This document shows, piece after piece, positions 54,280-64,000 of a stretch of 64,000 bases of DNA. How positions within the stretch are numbered: position 1 is the first letter of the stretch; the number at the start of each line of letters is the position of its first letter. Source of the DNA: Eledone cirrhosa (Eukaryota); NCBI GenBank assembly GCA_964016885.1, contig CAXHJY010001097.1:62001-126000 (forward strand), in the 5' to 3' direction. The position numbers were made by a program, and so were the translations under genes. Below the pieces are notes generated by a model. That model ran no database searches, was not told the DNA's origin, and saw nothing but the letters and a program-made list of their open reading frames with translations.

Positions 54280-56686
54280 TCAATTAAGGCCAAAAAGCAG
54301 GCTTGGAAAGTATGGCGGGATGGGGGAAGCAGAGAAGATTATCAAATGGCCAGGAGGGAAGCTATGAAACAAGTGTACTTCGCAAGAAGCGAAGCAGAGG
54401 AAAGAAAGTTCAAGCATGTCCGACAACGCGAGGACCAAAAACGTGAGGTGTTCAGTATTGCGAGGCAATGTGTCAGGGAAAACCGTGATATTGTCGGGGA
54501 GAAGTGTGTACTTAATGATGACGGCGTACTTGCCATCACCAACACTGATAAAAAGGTAGCTTGGAAGTGTCACTACGAAAGGCTACTAAATGAGGAGAAT
54601 AAATGAGAGAAAGACAGTCTCCCCCACATCGACCCAATAGAGGGACCAGCAGTGTTAGTCGAGGGTAGTATAATAAGTAAGGCAATCAAAGATATGAAGA
54701 CGGGTAAGGCGGCTGGGCCTTCGGAAATAGTTGCCGAGATGCTGAAGGCATCTGGTACGGTGGAACACACCATGGTCACCTGGATAGTTAACCAAGTCGT
54801 ACAGAATGGGGTTGTTCTGAAGGACTGGCGTAGCAGCAGCATCGTTAACTGTTATAAGGGTAAAGGAGATGCCCTAGATAGGAGTAACTATAGAGTCATT
54901 AAATTAATCGACCAGGTCATGAAGGTCACGGAAAAAGTAATAGCGCAACTAATCAGAGAGAGAATTGATCTAGATGAAATGCAGTTCGGGTTTGTGTCAG
55001 GCAAAAGTACCACAGACGCTCTTTTCATTGTACGACAACTACAGGAGAAGTACCTAGCTAAAAGTAAACGCCTATACTTAGCTTTTGTCGACTTGGAGAA
55101 AGCCTTCGACAGAGTCCCCCGTTCCATTATCTGGTGGGCTCTTAGAAAACTAGGTGTTGACGAATGGCTTGTGAGAGCTATACAAGCCATGTATAAAGAA
55201 ACAGTCAGCAAGGTTAGAATTAACAACGAATATAGTGAAGAGTTTAGTGTAAAAGTTGGCGTCCATCAGGGCTCTGTTCTCAGCCCCCTACTATTTATTA
55301 TTGCCCTTCAGGCTATAACAGAGGAGTTCAAGACCGGTTGCCCATGGGAACTCCTATACGCAGATGACCTAACACTCATAGCTGAATCAATGGCCGAGCT
55401 AGAGAAGAAATTCCAAACATGGAAGCACGGCCTAGAATCAAAAGGCCTTAAAATTAACCTGGCTAAGACTAAAGTTCTAGTTTGTAAGAAAGAAAATAAG
55501 GTGGCGGTCCCTTCCGGGAAGTGGCCATTCTCAGTGTGTAGGAAAGGCGTAGGTAGAAACTCCATTTTGTGTCCCAAATGCAAAGTATGGGTGCATAAAA
55601 GATGTAGTGGTAAGCTAACTAAGAACATAGATTTTACATGTGGCCGGTGCTCTGGTGCAATAAGTAGCAGCAAGTGTCCACAAAATACTAGCTCTTTAAA
55701 CTGCGCAGAGGGTTCGATAGAAATAGTGGACAGCTTCTGTTACCTGGGTGACAAAATCAGCAGTGGGGGAGGGTACTCTGAAAGTACAGCAGCTAGAGTC
55801 AGAACTGGATGGAAAAAGTTCAGAGAGCTTATACCACTATTAGCCGCTAAAGGGTTCTCCCTAAAAATGAAAGGCAGGTTGTATGATGCCTGCATACGAA
55901 CAGCAATGTTGCATGGCAGTGAGACCTGGGCATTGTGTGCAGAGGATATACGTGACTAGAGAGGAACGAAGCTTGCATGCTCCGCTGGATGTGTAATAGT
56001 AATATACGTGAACGGCAAAGCATAAACGAACTAAGGAAAAAATTAGAAATAAGAGGGATCAGATATTGTTTACTCGAGAGAAGGCTACGTTGGTATGATC
56101 ACGTGATGCGCATGAAAGACGATAGCTGTATAACAAAGTGCAGGGCATTAAAGATAGACGGTAGCCACGGAATAGGCAGACCCAGAAAGACCTGGGACGA
56201 GCTGATAAATTCCGACCTCACACACTTACACCTCACCAAGACAATGTCACTGGACCGAGACCTTTGGCGGTACTCAGTAATAGAGAAGACCCGCCTTACC
56301 TAAATACAAAGTAAAACCTACTACAGTCAGTAGGCATCTCTAACAAAATACACGCCCGTCCCCCCACCCCCACCCCATCCACACCGCCCCTTTCAATGTA
56401 AATTTATGTTGGTACCACAACATCCAGGCCGAAACAAATGAGGTCATGTAGGTATCACGACAAAAAAACACACAGTCCATGCTGTAATGTGACTGTGTAG
56501 GCAACACGGTAAAAACCTCCCAGCCCCACACTGTAAATGTGGTTGGTGTTAGGAAGGGCATCCAGCTGTAGAAAACCCGCCAGACAGTCCTATGCGAGCA
56601 AGATAATCACTCTTGCCTCAAGTGGGAAAACCCCCGTCCAAACCCATGCAAGCGTGGAACACGGACGTTAAGCGTTGATGATGATG
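54280..56686 (+). mobile_element. 5'-truncated RTE LINE with RT, a few disruptions, 3'UTR and (ATG)n tail
   Basis: ORFs 54346, 54652 (YADD) and 55977; stop at ~54604, frameshift at ~55950. Confidence 0.95.
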
Positions 56687-56814
56687 TATATTTTGTGTAT
56701 ATGTAGCACGTACACTATATACATAGTACTTATATGTATATATTTAGTGTATATTTTTGTGTATATGTAGCACATACTATATACGTATGTATATATATAG
56801 TGTATATTTTGTGT

Positions 56815-57345
56815 ATCATCATTACACTACTTTTCCATGCTTGCATGGGTTGGACGGGTCCTTCTTAGCACGACATCTCTCCACTAGATGCGTTCCTTCG
56901 TCATCTCCTCTTCCAGTATTTACAATTTGAGTTAAGCTCTCACAACATTTGCCCCTGACTTTCTTGGTCATCCTCTCCTGCAGCTTCCTTCCACTAGGAT
57001 TTCTCCAAGCTCTGTATTTCTCAAACATATACGTTGCAGATCCAACAAAACATGGTTGCTTCATTTTTCTCCAGTCTAATCGCATCATCTGCAGTCACAG
57101 CCCATGTTTCTCTACCATGCAGTATTGTGCACTTCACACAGGCTTTATATACCCTTCCTTTTGTGTGTAGGGAGAAACCTTATGTTATCAGCAGTAGTAG
57201 TTCACTAAACTTCCATCCTATCCTTATTCAAGCCACTCTACTCTTGGCACACCCTCCTCTGCTGCTGATTAGGTCACCTAGATAGCAGAAGCTATCAACC
57301 ACATCTATAGATCCTTCCTGTGACTGGAAACGGTGTATAACAGTA
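56815..57345 (-). mobile_element. Old RTE 3' fragment; the arm homology ends within it
   Basis: VVDSFCYLGD.IS..GGC motif; tail acccgtccaacccatgcaagcatggaaaag; mirror remnant at 25570-25710. Confidence 0.75.
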
Positions 57346-57811
57346 GCACTCTTCCTCTCAATTTCTGCTGTGCTGCCTAACCAACCACTTCCTCTCTGTC
57401 CCCACACTGCTGATTTCCTTCTCAAAATTAGAAAGACCACAGCCCACTTGAGGAAGGAGTCCCATGAGGTGGGGTGGATGTTGCAGTGGGTGTCTCTGGC
57501 TATTCTTTGTGGTAACACCTTTGTCACTTTGTCTGTAGGGTGGGGCTGAATCACAGCTCAGACTGGAATATAGTGTCTGTCCCTCACCCTCTCCCATTAT
57601 TTTCGTTGCTAGATACGTTTTCGTTACTATATAAAATATAATTAGATTAATGAAAGTTATAATTAAGATAGCAGGTCGTTGACAATGTTTCCCTTTCCGG
57701 TTTTTGACCAGTGTCATACGTTAAAAGTCCCTAATATAATTTAAAATATAAATATATTGCCTGTACGTTTATAAACACACTCTCTCGTGTGTAATCGTTT
57801 CTTATATTATA

Positions 57812-57820
<9 letters not shown>

Positions 57821-57843
<23 letters not shown>

Positions 57844-60800
57844 AATATTGTGTACAGTGCTCAGGTGCACTACAACTCATCAAAAGTGTATGTATAGTAC
57901 ATAGGGTAATGTACAAACGTCAGGAAAATGAACAGTGCATGAGTCATGCTACACGCATGTGTATGGAAGGGGTACATCAAGTGTAGTTTTGGCGTATTTC
58001 GGGAAGCATGAGTGTCTTAAAGGATGCAGTGTCTCGGCAGCTAACAACTGACGCAGGCAGTTTGTTCCATGCTTCAGCAACTCTGAGCGTGAAAAAATGT
58101 TTACGAAAGTCATGGGAGCTGTGCTGTTTTCTGATTTTGTAGGCATGTCCACGTGTGTTAGACACATGGAGATCAAAATGGTGCTCAGGGTTGTAATTGG
58201 CGAGATGGTTAATACCTTTGTGGGTGTTTACCAAGTCCATTGCCAAACGTCGGAGCTTCAATGAATCCATGCCCAGGGAAGCAAGGCGTTCAGAGTATGG
58301 TAGGTGTCTGATGGAGGGTATGCGCTTGGTTGCACGTCTCTGAACAGTTTCCAGGAGGTCAATGTTCTGAGCAAGATAGGGGTTCCAGACTGATGATGCG
58401 AATTCCAAGTGTGGTCGTACCATAGCTGTATACAGTTTTAAATAGATGGCTGGAGAGCGGATAACAAAGGTCTTGCTGAGTGATGCCAAGACACCCTCGG
58501 CCCTCTTGACAATCTTAGAGACATGCTTTGTCCAACGCAAATCGTTGCTGACAGTAATGCCCAGGTCACGTTCACAAGAGGACTTCTTGATATCAGTGTT
58601 GTGGAGGGAGTATGTGGACGCTGGATTTTTCCTCCCAAAGTGCATGGTGGTACACTTGTCCACAGCCAGCTTCAGTTGCCAGTCTGTGATCCATTGCTGC
58701 ATTGTGTCCAGGTCTGATTGTAGGAAAGAGTTGTAGATTTCAGGATCAGTCCTTTTGATTTCAAGGTACAGCTTGATGTCATCTGCATATTTCAGTACCA
58801 TGGCATTCTTTAAGTTGGCATGTATGTCATTAATATATGCCACAAACAAAAGGGGACCAAGAACAGATCCCTGTGGTACTCCAGATGACATCTCATATGG
58901 TGAAGAATGCTGTCCTAGAACCGTGACTACCTATTTTCGGCTGAGAATGAAGGATTTCAACCAGTTCTAAAGATCATCCCTCACACCCATTGCAGAGAGT
59001 TTTGCCATAAGTCTTTTATGTGGCACAGAATTAAAAGCCTTAGCAAAGTCAAGGTAAACAACATCCACCCATGAGGCGTTGTCAGTGATCCGGGTGATGT
59101 CTTCAAGGAACTCGATAAGCTCATCACAGCAGCTGGAGTTAGGAATAAATCCAAACTGTGAGGGCCGGATGAGGCTGTGAGAGCTCCAGAAGTTCCAAAG
59201 TGTTTCTCTGACACAGGATTCGACAGTTTGGCCATAGAGCTAGTAAGACTAACTGGACGATAGTTGACAGGTGACATGCGGTTGCCCTTTTTGAACAGGG
59301 GAATGACACTGGCAGTTTTCCACTGCTCCGGAGTAGCACCATTGTTGAGACAGTATTGAAAGAAGAAAGAAAGCTGGTGCAAAAGGAAATACTCGCCACG
59401 TTTGAGAAGCAGGTATGTCACACCATCAAGACCAGGGGAGGCATAGTTGCGCTTATTCTTAAGGTGACATCGCAACATTGCAGGTGTAAATTCCATAGTT
59501 GTTATGGAATTTGATGTTAGAGATGGTGGAGATGGTACATTCTGGTTTTCAACAGTAAAAATACTTGCATAGCACTCAGCAATGAGTTCTGCGCATTATT
59601 TGGGATCGTCAGTGATCTGGCTTGTGTGGGGATTGTGAAGAGGACCAACTGGAGAGTGAGGTCGCTGCTTTGAATGAACATATTTCCAGAACACCTTACT
59701 GTCAGGATTGGTTGATACGCACTGTTCAAATTCAAGCACTGCCTTCTTTGTCACTTGCTTGAGATGGTTAGAAGATTTATTCCGCTTTTTCTGTTGGCAT
59801 CTGATTTATGCAGTTTATATTCCCGTTCAGCGCTCCGACGTTCTTTCCTGGCAAGTCAGACGCTGAAGTTTCCCAAATTGCACTTTTGGGGTGTTTTTTT
59901 TTCTGTTTACGTGGCACTGATGCTGCACACGCTATCCATATTGAGTCCAGGATGCTCTGGAGTATAGTGTTCACATCTCCAGAGTTATACATCTCATGCC
60001 AGTCTGGGCACTGTAGCTCAGTGCAGTACAAGTTCCAATCTGCTTTCTTCCAATCAAAGCAAGCAGATTGGAGATGGCTCTGGTTTTTGTTGCTGCCCGC
60101 AAGTGCCAGATTGGCAATGATCATAGCATGATCAGAGTCGCCTAGAGGTTCTTCAGTAGAACAACTGATAACCACTTCAGGAGTAGTGGTGAAGATCAGG
60201 TCCAAAGTGTTGTCACCTCTTGTTGGAGAGGTGACTACTTGTGACCAGTTTCAGTCCAGCACTAGTTCAAGGATATCGTTTGCACTTTGTGGCCAACGAA
60301 AGGTTTCCCAATCGATCTCAGGATGATTGAAGTCACCTGCAATAAACACATAAGTGGCTGTTTTCTTGACAGCAACTCTGAGGATATCGCAAAGCTGTGT
60401 GTCCTGGTGGTATTTTTTTTTGGGGGGGGGGGGGCGATAAACAACACCAAGCAGAAGTATTGACATGGTCATGCGTAGGTCACAAAATAAAATTTCTTCT
60501 TGTGATTCGTTCAAATCAACGCAAGGAATTATCGAAAAGTTTGAACGAACGTAGACCATCACACCACCACCACGGCGATTAATGCGGTCCTTGCAGAAAA
60601 GGTTGTACCCAGTAATGCTGAAAACCCCATCACAGAGTAAGGAATGTGCCCATGTTTCTGTGACTGTGATGAAGTCAGGGTCGATGCTTCTGACGTAGGA
60701 GTCAAACAGATGTATCTTGTTGCATAAAAATACGAGCATTTAAGGACAACAATTTGTACCCTGCTTGCAGTTTATGATGGTGTGTAGAGGGTGGCAGGTT

Positions 60801-62050
60801 GTTCTGGTTTAGTTTCCCAGAGTTGTTGCAGTTTTTTTCATTGCCAGTTATTGTGGGTAGATCACACTCAGACCAGCTGGTATCTCTCTTCCACGTTTCA
60901 CCAGCCTTAACAAACCTCTAGATCTGCCCATCATCACGCAGACTAAAACTTTCATGTTGTGCTGAGTTCCGATTCAAGGAAGCTGCAGCACGTAGCTTTG
61001 GACGTACATGGGGTGGTAGGCCTGGTAATCCGATTTTCACGCCCAGCTTTAACAGAGGCCAGATGGTATGAGATTGCCTCAGTGGGGTCCGAAAAAGACA
61101 GCCTGATGAGTCCGGGTTTTGGACCAGGTCGGCCAATGCGGAGAGCACCCTTTGGGGGAACACAGCCTAGGTCTTTGGCTGAGCTGGCAGAAAATGCCTG
61201 AAGATCAGCCTTGTCCTCTGGTACCCCAATGGCAATTACTTCATGGGTAGCAGATTCCGCAGTCTTCTCAGTGTGCCCAGATACGCCAAGAGGTACAGGG
61301 AGATTCTTTAGCAAGGCATTCCGATAAGATTCCTCATTGTGGGGTCCTACCCGAATGCTTGCCTTTATTCCTGTTACTTCCCTTCTTAAAGCAGAAATCA
61401 TTAGTTGCAATTCTGCAAAATCTATACTGGTCGGTTGTTGTTGTTGTTGTTGTTGTTGGTGTTGTTCCTTCACGGGAATGGTAGGGGAAGACACAGTCGC
61501 CGGTTGTTGGTGTCGAGATGTACTGGGAGTGGAAGACATGGGTTGTTGTTGTTTCTGATGTTATCCCACAGGAATAGCAGCAGAAGCCAGTGTCATAGGT
61601 TTTTCCGTTGTTCGGTAACAATGGTAGAGGGAGATACAGTCATCGGTTTTTGTTGTTGTTGTTGTTGTTTTTCAATAACATTAGTGGAGGCAGGCATACA
61701 TGCCAGGCACTGAAAGGACCAAGATTTTAGCTGGACCATCTCCCAGATTCCATCCATCATAGCATTATGATGTCTCTTTTTTTGGCCTGGGATCCTCCGG
61801 AAGCCTGTGGCGCATTGAAGGCAGACATAGATGTGCCAGGTTCCACATTCGACCCAGTGATTACGGAACGAGTCTTCGTGTTCCGAACAGATATGGCAGA
61901 TGTGGTTTTCTGGGCAATGTTCTATTTTGGAACATCGACCAGTTTTGTCGCATACTTCATCCATGGATATCACCATGGCAATTTTGTTATTTCTATCCAT
62001 CCGGAGAAAAACACAGAATGTAAACTATATAGGTTTAGCGCACTTGATTA
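57821..62050 (-). mobile_element. Near full-length CR1-clade LINE (ORF1 with PHD-like finger, ORF2 EN-RT), frameshifted
   Basis: RT SGVPQGSVLGPLLF and YADD, CR1-type C-terminus (RPHLEFASSVWNP, TRGH, FFT.RV..WN.LP), EN TETW/GDFN/SDH, Cys-rich ORF1 61593-62000, (TTA)n tail. Confidence 0.9.
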
Positions 62051-62269
62051 CGATAGAAATAAAATGTCTGTTTATGTTTGTTTTTTTGTGTATTTTGTTT
62101 ACGTTTTCCTAAATGATGTGTGTACAGAAGAGTCTGTGCATGAAACAAATAAATATGCTACGTGAGTTAACGAGATAAATGTTTGTTTGGGTTTTGTTTT
62201 TGTATTTCTGTTTCTGTGTTACTATGTATTATGTGTGTGTGTATGCAACAAGATCTGCACACGGATATA

Positions 62270-62314
<45 letters not shown>

Positions 62315-62840
62315 GGTGTATGTGGGTTAGAAGCGAAGTCAATGTCCAGAAATATTTTACAAATGTACGTAAGATTGGCCGGTATAGTGTCTCACATGAA
62401 ATAGTGTGGTTTCTTTTCACTTGTGTGTATATGCATGTGGTATGTATCTGTATATAAATATGTGTGTATATTGTTGTTTATAGATTTTGTGAAGTACTTA
62501 CTGCAATCCCTAAGGGATGTAGTGATTTGTTGTTTATTTCCCCCGTCCATGACCACACGTGGTTTGTTGGCGAAAATCAAATCAAATAAAATCTACTTTG
62601 TTAAAATAATTCTATATTGAAGCTGGTACTAGTTGTCAGGGAACAGTCAAAGTATTTGTAATAATGAATATTGTAATCCATCTGACGTGTGTTTAAAGGC
62701 AGTTTTTGGTGATATGGAACTTATGCCCAACAGCTACATGAACCTGGGACACAGAACAGAATCTACACAAAATTGTTAATAAAATACATGTATATTTATT
62801 TATACACATGTAGGAGTCACCTTACATGATATGTATATTA

Positions 62841-62915
62841 CAGTGTACCCCACAAATGTATACACACTTACATAGATTGTAGTTGACGTGTGTATACATT
62901 TTTGGGGAGACCCTG
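62841..62915. mobile_element. Tiny degenerate Tc1/mariner-like MITE
   Basis: cagtgtaccccacaaatgtatacacac ... gtgtgtatacatttttggggagaccctg imperfect inverted termini. Confidence 0.45.
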
Positions 62916-62939
62916 TCTATATTTTATATACACATATAT

Positions 62940-63619
62940 GGCATACGTCAAGACGGGCGGTCAGAAAAGTGAAAGTAAATTTATTTTCATTTTCGAACGT
63001 CGTGTTTACATTTTGTGTGTGTGTTTAGATCTAAATTAGTGTCGTTTTAACTGATTATATATATATGTATATGTGTGTGTGTAGTTGACGGTTGAGAGAA
63101 GAGTACTCAATACCGAAGTAATCTTGTAATGAGACTTGCACATGCTGGTGACGAAGCTTCTTCTTTGCACGGCTCCATGTGTTCTCTAGGAGCTGTGTGT
63201 GCACATCAAGGTCCGCAGGATCTACAAAGTTCCGTTCGTGCACCACAACATCATGAACGTAAATCCCACCTTCAATTTCCAAATAGGAAGCCCAACCATC
63301 GGGGATGATGCGGCTGCCTGGCAAAATCCCTGCTGAATGATGGGGACGAGAGTGTCAGAGCTTCGATTTGGGACTTCTGCAAGGCAGCAGCGTCTAGAAT
63401 GGCGGACTCACCATTCTGCAAGCCTCATTACAAGATTACTTCGGTATTGAGTACTCTTCTCTCAACCGTCAACTACACACACACAAACATATACATATAT
63501 ATATAATCAGTTAAAACGACATTAATTTAGATCTAAACACACACAAAATGTAGACACGGCGTTCGAAAATGAAAATAAATTTACTTTCAGTTTTCTGACC
63601 GCCCGTCTTGACGTATGCC
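62940..63619 (-). mobile_element. Merlin (IS1595/ISXO2-like) DNA transposon deletion derivative with ~200-bp TIRs
   Basis: TIRs start ggcatacgtcaagacgggcggtca; internal fragment IIPDGWASY...H..NFVDP...HTQLLENTW..AK; near-matching 8-bp flanks acatatat/atatatat. Confidence 0.85.
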
Positions 63620-63657
63620 ATATATATATGTTAAAAGATGATTGATATATAAATAAA

Positions 63658-63734
<77 letters not shown>

Positions 63735-63754
63735 TTATATATATTTATTTATAT

Positions 63755-63785
<31 letters not shown>

Positions 63786-64000
63786 TCACAGTATATATAT
63801 ACACACTTTCACAAAGTATATAGCTAATGTCCTATAACATATTCCACGAATAACGGTTAATTTTTTACACATATTATTTTTACACATATTTCAATATATT
63901 CTACAATGTATTAATTCAGTTTCTCAGCATATTTTAAGCCTTTCACCCATTTTCGATAGCCTTAGATTTTCGTTCAAACATTCGATGACGTCATACGTCT

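Overview
AT-rich, repeat-dominated eukaryotic DNA. The HTGEKP C2H2 zinc-finger cluster, RTE/CR1/Tx1 LINEs, tRNA-SINEs and (TA)n seas suggest a coleoid cephalopod such as Octopus; this is an inference. The dominant structure is a ~31 kb inverted duplication (arms ~25570-41740 and ~42130-56955, centred on a (TA)n tract near 41930). It places two C2H2-ZNF paralogues head-to-head, and a third decayed paralogue lies at 22.4-23.1 kb. The arms have diverged and carry independent RTE, Helitron and SINE insertions whose empty sites are visible in the other arm. Four tandem arrays stand out: one from an RTE 3'UTR, one from a SINE core, one from a dead zinc finger, and a 60-bp unit with (TA)n spacers. 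Small palindromic elements in (TA)n carry hammerhead-ribozyme-like cores with a U3-A8 variant, suggesting Penelope-type non-autonomous elements. Most ORFs in the supplied track are repeat artefacts. All calls were made by eye and coordinates are approximate unless a junction is quoted.
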